Shown here: piece after piece, positions 39,044-49,700 of the stretch
Position numbering within the stretch: position 1 is the stretch's first letter
How the letters are laid out: each line of letters starts with the position of its first letter
IMG/VR virus record: IMGVR_UViG_3300044610_000678
Location: 1-52,903 of that record
Length of the DNA: 52,903 nucleotides
Reading direction: 5' to 3' (one strand)
Source of the DNA: a virus
Lineage: Duplodnaviria; Caudoviricetes
Translations under genes and position numbers: made by a program
Notes under the pieces: generated by a model
What the model saw: only the letters and a program-made list of their open reading frames with translations
The model's database searches: none
Told to the model about the DNA's origin: nothing

Positions 39044-39364
39044 TGAAAAAATCAAGCGATAGATGTCTTTTTCGCACATTGCATGTATCTTGATCGCAAT
39101 GGTTTGATACGAGCTGTCTTTCGTTTGATTATGCGTGCTGCTAAGAGTAAATAAGCAAAGAAGCTGTGCGCGACAGATTAAAAAAACACTAAAAGCGAGT
39201 TTTCCTTAGTTTTAAGTTTCGAAGTGGTTTACTTGTTTTGTATTTCTCTCGAGGGTTTTTTATCTTTCGCAGTACTAAAATTTCGCGATCGCCGAGATTT
39301 TAAATGTTTAGTAGAGGGTCGATTTCTGACTCTTTTTAGAAGCTTTCAAAAAGCGGTGTATAGA

Positions 39365-40105
39365 ATGATCGTCCAATACGGCTCCTACCAGCACAAACTA
39401 TCCAGCACAGGAATCGTTGTTTCTTCCGATGTGGAGGAGAACGAATCGGGCGTACCGATCCGCGTGAAGCACTCCGTGAGCATTGAAGGTCGCCTTCGAA
39501 ACCCACCTGGGGCAACTCCGCGCGATCTCGATGCTTTAATCGCTCAAATGGAATCAGCCTACAGCCAAGTCGGCCAAGATTTTGGGATGCTTCATGACGA
39601 TGGCCGTCGCAGCCAAGCCTTCTGGACAAATGCATCGACGATCGGTGGGATTCGACCGAGGTTCCTAGCGTATCCCAATTACAAAGGAGGAGAGTACTGG
39701 AGCTATCGCCAATTCCAAATCCGCGTGGAGTTCTACACTCCCTACGGCCTTGCTTTTCAGTACGGCAGATTCACCGAGCAACTCTCGATCGAAGGTGGCA
39801 CCGCGTCCTTTGGCGTCAAGGAACTAAACTATGGACCTGGGGTTCGTCAGCGTCTTCGCACTCACACCAAATGCACTGCCACCCAAAGCGGTTCAGCGAT
39901 CGGCAAAAACTTCTTCCCGCCGATCCCGCCCCCTGTTTGGCCGTTTGCTCTGAGTTTTATCGAACCGAAAATCACTCGCACCATTCGGCCTAAGGGCTCC
40001 AGGTTCCATCGCAACGTGGTACTTGAAGAGTGCGAGGTATCCTGGTCCTATGCATTCGAGTGGCCGACTCGGCTCGATGGAATTCCTCATTATGCATTGG
40101 GATAG
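39365..40105 (+). CDS. Phage tail protein (distal-tail position)
   Basis: First phage-composition ORF after the insert; ATG 39365 is preferred over 39224, which lies in AT-rich sequence. Confidence 0.6.
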   Translation: MIVQYGSYQHKLSSTGIVVSSDVEENESGVPIRVKHSVSIEGRLRNPPGATPRDLDALIAQMESAYSQVGQDFGMLHDDGRRSQAFWTNASTIGGIRPRFLAYPNYKGGEYWSYRQFQIRVEFYTPYGLAFQYGRFTEQLSIEGGTASFGVKELNYGPGVRQRLRTHTKCTATQSGSAIGKNFFPPIPPPVWPFALSFIEPKITRTIRPKGSRFHRNVVLEECEVSWSYAFEWPTRLDGIPHYALG

Positions 40106-40116
40106 AAGTTCCTCCC

Positions 40117-43100
40117 ATGGCGATCATCCGATGGATTGGAAAAGCATCTGCAGTGCGGGCTTGCACGATGTTCTTACCAAAGAATGTGGGTACCTCTGAT
40201 CGCTTCCAACTCACCAGTGGCGCACTGCGTTACGGAGCCACATATCCGAGTCTTGTGCCCGAGCAGGATCGTACCCCAGAGGATCGGGCAAGACGAATCG
40301 TCGAGCAGATCGTTAGTGCAGCCTCCGAGACGCAAAATCTAGGAGGCGGACTCTCTGGTGGATTGGAGTTTACCTCGACTCTTCACAACGGGTATCCGGC
40401 GATTCGTGTTGTAGGACAGGCAGACGGAAGGCCAGTGGGGCTTATCCCTTCGGCCAGTAGCGGCAGCCAAAACGAAATCCTAGTCCAAGAGGTTCAGTCC
40501 GGATCCAACGGATCGGATTACGTGTTTCGATTGGTTTGGCCAAATGTTCCCACCCTTGGGACTTGGGCGATTGCTGCCAACGGAAAAAAGCCGGTGATTC
40601 TTCCCTTCAATGCCACTTCCGAGCAACTCCGTTCGGCCCTGCTGAGTTTCTCGTTCCCATGCCGGTCGATCCACGTTTCAGGGGATCATACTAACGGTTA
40701 TAAAATTCGGCTTATTGAGCCAACGGCCAGCATCGAAACTCCTCCGGTGCTTTTTCCCATCGTCCCAGTCGGTGGTCAGCCAGCGATCGTCGAGATCACC
40801 CTCTTTGAAGCCTTCAGCTACCGATTTGGTCCCGATGGCATTGCCTATCAAGCTGACGGAGTGTTCGAAGCGAGCATTACCGATGCCGAAATGCTTTCGT
40901 ATCTCTCAAAGAGCATTTTGCTCGGATCGCTTGCTGGGGATGTATCGGTAAGCTCCCAGCGGATTGATCCTTCGTATGAGTTCTTAGCAGGGACGGTATT
41001 TCGATTTGAGTTTGCAAGCAAGGCATCCTATGACGCTTTCATGGCGATGCCCAAGACAAGACTCAACTACACTTGGACTGCCATGCCGCTCCAGTCTTCC
41101 GGAGTTGGGTTTGCAAGGTATCAAAACGTGGACATCCCTGGTGCGATTTCTTGGACGAAGCTCAGGCAGTACGTCACGCCCAAGAACGGCAATAACGGAA
41201 CCTACAATCCACTGAATCGAAGCTTTCACACGAAGGCTTGGCTCGGAGCAACGCCCAATAGCACCTTTGTTTTAAACCCACCGGTTCCAGGTTATGACTC
41301 ATCGCTCGTGCAAGCCAGGCCCCACACGATCACCTGGATGGGTAGCAATATCTGGAGGGTGGAAGTAAGCACAAACTGGAGTGCTCTGGGGGAGTCCTGG
41401 ACCCTGGCGCCAGGGGAGATTACTGCCTCCCTTGGGATTCAAACTTCGACGAGTCCTTTGGAGGTAACGGTTTTGGCCGATGGCTCGGGAGATGAGCTTG
41501 GAGTCAACAACAATGCAGGCTACACCATTGAGACCGTTGGTGTGCCTGGGATCATCAACCAGGAGGTGTTGCTAAGTCCACTGGATGGAAATTTTCAGTC
41601 GCTCTATCAATTCGAATCGGATTCCAAAAGATCTCACTCGTTTACTGGTGCATCGACCCTGGAGCTAGTCCGCGATGCAGCCGAAAGTCTATGGGGAGCG
41701 GGCAACGTGGTCGTCTCGCGCGAAACAGAAGACTATTTTTTGCGGCTATCGTTCGTTGGAAAACTCTCCGAGAGACTCGTTGAGGCAAAGCTCTTTAGAA
41801 CCCAAGCCGATGGACTTGAGGTATCGGTGGATATCGCCGCATCGACCCCGATGAAAGCTTGGGTGCTGCGGTATCGATTCATCGGTGGAATATGCTCAGG
41901 CACGTGGCGATTCTCCTCGGAGTCAGCTAAAACACCCTCACCCACAAGAGGCTTTCCGTGGCTAAGTCTGTCGGATATCACCGCCCAAGAGATCCTCTCT
42001 GCAATCCAACAGGTATCTTCCGATTACGAAAATGTGCTGGAAGTCTCGGACATCACCGTCGTCAACGAGGATGTGGGACGAAAGAGTGTTCTTCGCGAAT
42101 TTACCATCCATTGGCAAGCCCAACCCAGCGCAGCATTTACGGGGCCAACAGGCGTTGGGTTTTGGCTTGGCCTTGAAACCTCGGAGCTTAAGACCGCCGA
42201 GCCTTCGCTCCTGGTAGAGAGCCATGGCCAAGTTGCTCAGCCTGAGATCCAGGTTATCGCACTGAGCAACTCGCCGACTGCCGGTCAGTGGCAATTGGGA
42301 TATGGATCCAAGCTGACGGGTTCTCTTTCTTGGAATTCCAGTAGCACAGTGGTTCAAACGGCCTTGCAGAGTATCGGGGTTTCGACGAGCGTTCTTGGAG
42401 GAAACGGCGGCCCTTACCGTGTGCGCTGGAATGCTGATGGCCCAAGAGACAAACTCCAGGGAATCAATTTGAATCTTACAAAGTCCTCAAACCCGGTGTT
42501 TGAAGCGGTTGTTATCGAGGTCGGCAGCGGGCCGAAACATTTCAACAACCCAGACAACTGGTCACTAGCAAGGACACCGATCGATGGCGATGAAGTGATT
42601 TTCGCCGACGGGAATCAAGATTGTTCTTATGCACTGGATGTGACAGCAAACATCTTATCGATCGACGTCTATCGCTCCTACGCTGGAAGAATTGGCCTTC
42701 CAGAAATCCAAGATGACGGATCGATCGAGACATTATCGCTCTGGCTAAACCTCACGAAACCGAGCTCTGTCTCTCTACCGATCCGCATCGGTCTGGGCGA
42801 TAGCAGTGAAGGCCCTGTCTCGGCGCGAATCTCTCTTACGGATCGAGCCTTTGATGCAAGCGTGCTGTATTCGCAAACGGGTCTAACCCAAAAAACGATC
42901 GCTTTTAGGGGCAACCATGCACTGAGTAAACTGGTCTGTATCAGCGGCGATATCGCGCTGGGTGTTCGGCCAGAGGACATCGCCCTTTGCAAAGAAGTCT
43001 CCATCACTCCGAGCCCTTCGGCAGGAGATAATCTAACTTTTACTTCTGGAGCCTCATCGAAAATCGATTCACTGATGATGCTCGGGGGCGTTGCAACGCT

Positions 43101-43695
43101 AGGGAGTCCACCACGTCGACTCGCGATGCGAGGGGGAACCGCAAGTATCAATGGTAGCGGCATCTGCGAGGAAATCGACATCTCCGATGCTTCGGTGCGC
43201 TGGCTTGCGTCAGGTAACCTTGGAAAATCTCAGCTTGTTTCTGGAGTTACGTTCGGTCCCAATGGGGATGCGATTGCTTGGAGCCCTAGTACCGTACGGC
43301 TTACCGCCGCTGGGCATGGCCTTGTGTCCGGGGCTCGCGTGTATGTCAGGGCATACAGCGGTGTATTGGGAATCGACGGACAAGTGTTTGCTGTATCGGT
43401 CATCGATGCAAATACCTTCGAGTTAGTTGCATCCAAGGGAACCGGCACTCTGGTTGGTTATGAGGGGACTATTGCCTTTGGAGTCGAAAGGGCTCTGATC
43501 GTAAGAGACCAGGGGGTTCTGGATTTTGATTCCGATGGTCGCTCCAGGGACATTGTCGCACCGATTGTCATTCAAGGAACCGCGAAGGTTTCGGATTCGA
43601 AGGTCACCGTCAAGGATCTGCGTCTTTGGCCAGAGCTTGTTGAGGCGTTTTCTGGCTTAGGCCTTGCGATCGAACTTCGCAGGTTTGGAAGATGA
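40117..43695 (+). CDS. Large virion structural or tail protein with repeated modules
   Basis: About 1190 aa, with recurrent modules (LPFNATSEQLRSAL, LSWNSSSTVVQTAL), FNNPDNWS and a TAAGHGL...IDANTFEL domain. Confidence 0.65.
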   Translation: MAIIRWIGKASAVRACTMFLPKNVGTSDRFQLTSGALRYGATYPSLVPEQDRTPEDRARRIVEQIVSAASETQNLGGGLSGGLEFTSTLHNGYPAIRVVGQADGRPVGLIPSASSGSQNEILVQEVQSGSNGSDYVFRLVWPNVPTLGTWAIAANGKKPVILPFNATSEQLRSALLSFSFPCRSIHVSGDHTNGYKIRLIEPTASIETPPVLFPIVPVGGQPAIVEITLFEAFSYRFGPDGIAYQADGVFEASITDAEMLSYLSKSILLGSLAGDVSVSSQRIDPSYEFLAGTVFRFEFASKASYDAFMAMPKTRLNYTWTAMPLQSSGVGFARYQNVDIPGAISWTKLRQYVTPKNGNNGTYNPLNRSFHTKAWLGATPNSTFVLNPPVPGYDSSLVQARPHTITWMGSNIWRVEVSTNWSALGESWTLAPGEITASLGIQTSTSPLEVTVLADGSGDELGVNNNAGYTIETVGVPGIINQEVLLSPLDGNFQSLYQFESDSKRSHSFTGASTLELVRDAAESLWGAGNVVVSRETEDYFLRLSFVGKLSERLVEAKLFRTQADGLEVSVDIAASTPMKAWVLRYRFIGGICSGTWRFSSESAKTPSPTRGFPWLSLSDITAQEILSAIQQVSSDYENVLEVSDITVVNEDVGRKSVLREFTIHWQAQPSAAFTGPTGVGFWLGLETSELKTAEPSLLVESHGQVAQPEIQVIALSNSPTAGQWQLGYGSKLTGSLSWNSSSTVVQTALQSIGVSTSVLGGNGGPYRVRWNADGPRDKLQGINLNLTKSSNPVFEAVVIEVGSGPKHFNNPDNWSLARTPIDGDEVIFADGNQDCSYALDVTANILSIDVYRSYAGRIGLPEIQDDGSIETLSLWLNLTKPSSVSLPIRIGLGDSSEGPVSARISLTDRAFDASVLYSQTGLTQKTIAFRGNHALSKLVCISGDIALGVRPEDIALCKEVSITPSPSAGDNLTFTSGASSKIDSLMMLGGVATLGSPPRRLAMRGGTASINGSGICEEIDISDASVRWLASGNLGKSQLVSGVTFGPNGDAIAWSPSTVRLTAAGHGLVSGARVYVRAYSGVLGIDGQVFAVSVIDANTFELVASKGTGTLVGYEGTIAFGVERALIVRDQGVLDFDSDGRSRDIVAPIVIQGTAKVSDSKVTVKDLRLWPELVEAFSGLGLAIELRRFGR

Positions 43696-45440
43696 GCGTC
43701 TATGAAATCGCTGGCAGAGTAAGCTATGGCCAGATCCAGGGTGTCGAACAATTCCAGATGACTCGTTCACGGGGAATCAGTCCATCGGTCATCCAGATCG
43801 TTGTCCCTGCATTGCCTCAAATCCCCATCGGGCAGTCCGCGCCGCTGGTGCTCAGTGATACGGTGCATCAGATTCGAATCGAAGATTGCATGGTTCAGGC
43901 AATCGATATCGATGATTCTGACGGAACGCGTTTTGTCATAACGCTTCTGGATGGCAAATGGCGATGGGCCTACGGACAAATAAGCGGCCAGTACAACATC
44001 GTCCGAGGAGGAGTGATCCTCCAGAGCACTCGCAAAAGCCCAAGGGAACTTGCCGCCTTGTGCCTACGGGAGATGGGAGTCGACAGGTACGACACTCAAG
44101 AGCTTCCCAACACCACTTACCCGGAGGTCACTTGGGATCTTGAAAACCCAGCAGTGGCACTCGAGAACCTATGCGGAGCTTTGGGATGTGTGGTCGCCGA
44201 GCAACTCTCTGGAGAGGTGAAAATTTGTAAAAAGGGCATCGGAAAGTCTTTGCCCGTGGTGCTCGGTGGACAGACCAAGGAGACGATGAAGCTTGTAACG
44301 GCTCCCGACAATATCTATGTCTGTGGGGATGCAACCGTTTGGGAGGTGTCGTTGCAACTTGCAAAAGCCTTTGGCATCCAGCGATCAGAAGCTCAGGTCG
44401 ACAGGCCGTCGGTAGAGTCACTTGTTTTGATCGATAAGCTCTCGTACCGTCCTGCCGGCGGATGGGGCAATGAGGATCCGATGATCTTTCCGAACGTCGG
44501 TGCGGTTCAGTTTCCCAGCGGCACGATGCGAGAACAGGTCCAAGAGCGCGATCGTATCCGAGGACTTGCCACCGAAAGCGTTTGGAAGATCTTTGGCTTT
44601 AAATTCCCGTTTCGACTTCCAGGTTTGCCTTTCGAAATCAAGGACATCAATCAAATCGTCATGCAAGAGGAACTCTTATCGGAATATACGATCGAGTATA
44701 CAAACGGTTCGCGTGGACAGACTCTCTACGAGACTCGAAGGCAACAACCCTTCGTCTACGGAATCTACTACGATCGGAAAGATACGGGCAAGAACAATTT
44801 CGATACCTTTTCGCATCGATGGTGGACCAGTCGTAAGTTGATCTACCCAGGTAGTTTCCAAATCGACAAAGAACGCAGCGTCATCAAATTCTCCGATGCG
44901 GTCTATGAATACGATTCCTCTTCCGACGCGCCGAGTCGCTTCAAGATTCCAAGGTTATTTCTTCGCGTTGCAATCAGCGTGAAAGATCCCGCCAGCGGAA
45001 CCTATTGGCGAGAGGTTTACAAAAAGCCCACCGGCTGGAGAAATTCCACCAAGCCTCTGTGGGTCAAGCGACCGGACATCCGTCGGGAAATCAAAGTCAA
45101 TCCAGAAACGCAGCTTGCCTTTCGAGATAACGGGGACAATCGGGCAACCGTTGAAAAAGAGCTTGCGACCTACGCCCAATACGAGCAGCAAAAACTCTCA
45201 GGAGTAAGGCCATCGCAGGGAACCTACTGCGGCTTTCAACCGATCGAGCTCGATGGAACGATCGAACAGGTTTCCTACTCGATCAGTGCCTCAGGAGAAA
45301 CCCAGACTTTATGCAGTTACGGATTTGAGCACTCGCTGGTGATTCCCTCGTATGAAGAGAGGCGAAGAATCTCCCTCCTGAACCAGTTTGTCTCCAAGCA
45401 AAGTGCCGTGCTGAACCCAGGTAAGGACACCAGCCGATGA
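43692..45440 (+). CDS. Probable tail hub or tip protein
   Basis: ATGA-coupled; has KSPRELAALCLREMG and PEVTWDLENPAVALENLC, and lies in the tail operon. Confidence 0.6.
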   Translation: MSVYEIAGRVSYGQIQGVEQFQMTRSRGISPSVIQIVVPALPQIPIGQSAPLVLSDTVHQIRIEDCMVQAIDIDDSDGTRFVITLLDGKWRWAYGQISGQYNIVRGGVILQSTRKSPRELAALCLREMGVDRYDTQELPNTTYPEVTWDLENPAVALENLCGALGCVVAEQLSGEVKICKKGIGKSLPVVLGGQTKETMKLVTAPDNIYVCGDATVWEVSLQLAKAFGIQRSEAQVDRPSVESLVLIDKLSYRPAGGWGNEDPMIFPNVGAVQFPSGTMREQVQERDRIRGLATESVWKIFGFKFPFRLPGLPFEIKDINQIVMQEELLSEYTIEYTNGSRGQTLYETRRQQPFVYGIYYDRKDTGKNNFDTFSHRWWTSRKLIYPGSFQIDKERSVIKFSDAVYEYDSSSDAPSRFKIPRLFLRVAISVKDPASGTYWREVYKKPTGWRNSTKPLWVKRPDIRREIKVNPETQLAFRDNGDNRATVEKELATYAQYEQQKLSGVRPSQGTYCGFQPIELDGTIEQVSYSISASGETQTLCSYGFEHSLVIPSYEERRRISLLNQFVSKQSAVLNPGKDTSR

Positions 45441-46735
45441 GTCAGCTCACGAGCATTTCAGCCGACACGCAGAAACGTTTTCTACCATTCTTGAACGTCT
45501 CTCAAAAACGGATTCCACCCTTTGGAGCCATGCAGATTGTGGGCAACCCCAAGAGTTATCAAGAGGCCCTAAGCGATCCATCCCTAGATGAAGTAGGGAA
45601 GTCCTTTGCCAAGATAAGCGATCTTGGGGATGTAGGTCAGTTTGATCGGGGGGTGCAACTTTACTGCGATCAGATTGGACTTGCTGGGGAGTTTCTTCAA
45701 AACCCAGCCTTCATCGCTTTCAATTCCGATTCATCGGTCGATCCAGGCGGTTCTGGAAGATGTTTCTTAGCCGAGTATCCAGTTCGTGGACTGTGTCTAC
45801 AGCATCCAAGTTGGTACAGTTCGTATGCCGTGCGACGAGGCTGCTGGCACCTAAGTAGTATCACTGGAAACTACGGAGCTTTTCGTTCATCGTTCCGTAC
45901 CGGCCAGGGTGTAAGCATCGAAGTCCAAGACGAGCCATCGCAGAATCAAAGAAAAGTCTCCGCGATGGTTCTTGGTTTTATTCCCGTCCAAAGAGATCTA
46001 TGGGTACCATCGATCCAGGCCCAGTGGAGAGTCGATGGTCAAGGAACATTTCCGATCAGTTCGATTCGCTACAACTCAGTAGCAAGCTCCTACAACCAAA
46101 ATCCAATCTTCGATGATGTTGCATTCAGCGAGTCTGAGACACTGACCTTTCGGCTTGCGGGCACCTACATGATCTATCTCGAAGGGGTCATCAAAGTCAA
46201 GCAAGGAATTCCTTCTGAGGCGCTTCGAGTACCGTACCGGATTGGCGTGGTGCCATATTCAAGGGCCGACGCAGCGAAGCTCGACTTCGATAGCTACACC
46301 CCCATGCCTCTTGCGATCCTTCGATGCCATCGGCAAACGCCATTGGATGCCTGGTACCAAATCTCAAGCATGCCTTCCAGTGGAGAGCTTCTTTGGAGTC
46401 GGCACCGATATAGCTCGATGCTTCAGGTCAAAGTCCTCGATGCTCCAGCAAGAATCACCATCTCCCAGGACCAAAGCCCATTTGTTCACACGGTGGGCAA
46501 CGGCAAACTTCTATCGGCTTACTTAGACGACTGGCAACTTAACCGTATGGGACTCGGAATGTGGAGCTCGGTTTCTTGGGGATCTTGGCTCGACTATGCC
46601 TGGCATGGCAGTTATTCATCGGTGGGCCTTGGAGGAACGCCCGTTGTAGAGTTCGATCCTGGTAGCCCGTTTCGGCAGTCTTGGACGGTCGGCCTTGCCT
46701 TTAACGACATCTCCGATGGAATCGTCGAGATTTAG
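45437..46735 (+). CDS. Hypothetical tail-associated protein
   Basis: ATGA-coupled 432-aa ORF between the hub and fibre genes. Confidence 0.55.
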   Translation: MSQLTSISADTQKRFLPFLNVSQKRIPPFGAMQIVGNPKSYQEALSDPSLDEVGKSFAKISDLGDVGQFDRGVQLYCDQIGLAGEFLQNPAFIAFNSDSSVDPGGSGRCFLAEYPVRGLCLQHPSWYSSYAVRRGCWHLSSITGNYGAFRSSFRTGQGVSIEVQDEPSQNQRKVSAMVLGFIPVQRDLWVPSIQAQWRVDGQGTFPISSIRYNSVASSYNQNPIFDDVAFSESETLTFRLAGTYMIYLEGVIKVKQGIPSEALRVPYRIGVVPYSRADAAKLDFDSYTPMPLAILRCHRQTPLDAWYQISSMPSSGELLWSRHRYSSMLQVKVLDAPARITISQDQSPFVHTVGNGKLLSAYLDDWQLNRMGLGMWSSVSWGSWLDYAWHGSYSSVGLGGTPVVEFDPGSPFRQSWTVGLAFNDISDGIVEI

Positions 46736-46789
46736 GTTTTGTTCTCTGCTTTAGGATTCCCTAGCCTGGGAGTCCGAAGGAGCACAGTT

Positions 46790-49700
46790 ATGGCAGAGGA
46801 CATCGCAGACAAGCTACGCAATCCAGACGGCACGCTCTCAGGCACCAATACCGGTGATGCAAGTGCTTCGGAAATTGTTCGAGGCAATGACACTCGGCTC
46901 AGCAACGCGAGAGTCCCGCTAACGCACAGCCATTCGGTGGCAACTACGTCTGCAAGCGGCTTTCTTGCGGCATCGGACAAGACCAAGCTAAACAGCATTG
47001 AGCCAAACGCCACACGAAACGCTCCAGATGCCGACCTTCGCGATCGATCCTCGCACACAGGCCTACAGAGCATCAGCACGATCGACGGCCTTCAAAGCCA
47101 GCTTGATGCCAAGCTTGCCTCAAGTCTATCGATGGTCTCATTGGCATCGCTTAGTACCTCCGGGGTTCCGCAGCGACAATCCGATGGCACCTGGAGCATG
47201 ATCACCGAGGGGGTTGCCCTTGCGTCCCATACCCATGCCCTTGCAACCAATTCTACCCATGGGTTTATGCCTTCAACGGCAGTAACCAAACTCGGCACCA
47301 TTTCAGTAGGTGCTACGGCTAACGCATCCGATATGCAGCTTCGAGACAGATCCACCCATACTGGGGTCCAGTCTCTATCGAGCATTGATGGCATAGGGAC
47401 AGCCGCTTCAAGGAATGCAGGAACGCAGGCAGGAAATATCCCTTTTCTCGATACCACGGGCAAGCTTCCTATCGGAGTCATTCCCCCGATCTCTACTGGA
47501 AGATACTGGCTGGGAGCAGCCTCCAACCAAACCGAGATGCTCGCTTTTCGTGGAGGCCCAGGGGATTGGTGCAGCCGTACAGACTTATCGCGCGACTTTG
47601 TGATCATCCAAAACACAGGCGAGAACCTAAGTGACTGGAGGGGACTGAGCACCTCGGGCTCTTCGGTCACCAGTGTCAACGGTCTCTCAGGAGCTGTAGT
47701 ACTTTCGACGACGCAGGTACTCGAAGGAACCAATCAGTACTTTACCCTGGATCGTGTGCGTGCCGTAGACCTTTCGACCATGAGCGGTTCGGTTCCGCAA
47801 TCGAAAGTGACCGATCTCGTTGCAACGCTCGCATCGAAGCAAACCGCCAGCGCGAATCTAACGGCCATCGCAGGTTTATCTGGATCCGGCGTGCTTGAGC
47901 GACTTGCCAATGGAAACTTCATCCTCAGTGTGTATGCTGCAGTCAACCATACGCACTCGAATGCAACCCAAAGTGTAGCAGGGTTTCTGAGTGCTTCGGA
48001 CAAAGTCAAGATCGATGGGCTTGGAACTGCCTCGGTGCTAAACAGCGGTACGACCGCTGGGTGTGTGCCTGTTCTTGATTCCAATGGCAAACTTGTCTCA
48101 GCGGTCCTTCCACCACAGAGCGTATCGAGCGTCTACACCGTAGCGTCTCAAGCTGCCATGCTAGCCCTTAGTGCAGCAGTCCGTGGAGACTACGCTATCC
48201 GAACAGACGTCAACCAAACATTTATTCTCACAGCCACCCCTTCGTCAACATTAGCCAACTGGACGCAGCTTACGTCCGGCTCGAGCGTAACGAGCGTCAA
48301 TGGACTCTCAGGCGCGGTGAGTCTATCGACAACCAACATCTCTGAAGGGAGCAACCAGTACTTCACCACGGCCAGAGTGCAGGCGGTCTCTTTGGCATCG
48401 CTTACTGGGGATCTTCCTCAAAGCCGCATCACTGGGCTAGTCAGCGATCTTGCAAACCATACCCATGCAGTTGCAACGTCAAGCCAGGCAGGATTTCTAT
48501 CGACGGGGGATAAGGCCAAGCTCGATGGCATCTCTACGGGAGCCACTGCCAATGCTACGAATGCTCAGCTACGAGACCGTTCGACCCATACTGGAACCCA
48601 ACCATCGACGACCATCACCGGCCTTGGATCCAGTGCGACTCGAGATGTTGGATCCGCCCCAGGAAACATTCCGCTGCTCGATAGCCAAGGCAAAATCGAT
48701 GTTGGAATCCTTCCTTCGCTTGCACTCACCGATACCTTTGTCGTCTCCAGCGCTGCGGCCATGCTATCGCTTTCGGCTCAAAAGGGAGACATCGCAGTAC
48801 GAAGCGATTTAAATCAAACATTCATTCTCACGGCAGAGCCTGCGACCACCCTTGCCAACTGGCAACAGCTCCTGAGTCCAAGTTCGAGTGTATCGAGCGT
48901 CAACGGCGCGACAGGCACAGTGGTGCTCTCCTCGACGAACATTCCAGAGGGAACCAATCTGTATTTTACGACATCGAGAGTCCAGGCCGTGGCTCTGTCT
49001 TCCCTCTCGGGGGACATTCCTCAATCGCGAGTCACCGGACTCCTAAGCGATCTTGCCAACCATACCCATGCGGTTGCAACCACATCGGTCGCTGGATTCC
49101 TATCGGCAAGCGATAAAACCAAACTCAATGGAGTTGCCACCGGGGCTACGGCCAACGCGACCGATGCGGATCTACGAAGTCGATCGACTCACACCGGAAC
49201 GCAGTCCTACACAACCATTGTCGGGCTTGGAAGTGCCGCTACCAAAGATACTGGGACCCTTAGTGGTAACGTGCCAGTCTTGGATGCAACTGGAAAAATT
49301 CCAACCGCTCTGTTGCCTGCTGTATCGGTATCGAGTGTCAACGGAGCAACGGGTATCGTGGTCCTTACTAGTTCTTCGATCTCCGAAGGATCCAACCTCT
49401 ACTACACCGATGCAAGGGTTCAGGCGAATTCCCTAACGAGTCTGCAGGGGAACCTTCCACAGTCACGCGTTACGAACCTAGCAAGCGATCTGAATTCCAA
49501 GCAAGCCGCAAGCAGTAACCTTACAGCGCTGTCATCCTTTGCCTCGGGATCTGCAGGCTTTGTCCAGCGAACCGTCGGGAACAGTTTTGCATTGGTTGAT
49601 GGCCAACTGATCACCTCCCAGGACAGAACCAACCTCAATTCACTCTCATCGGCAGCCTACCGCGCCGTCGGAACAGGACTTGGAAACATCCCGGAATTGG

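Noticed and set aside
23770-46735. Contractile tail, tailocin or eCIS interpretation
   Set aside because: No sheath or baseplate wedge genes were recognised, and capsid and portal genes are present, which fits a siphovirus.
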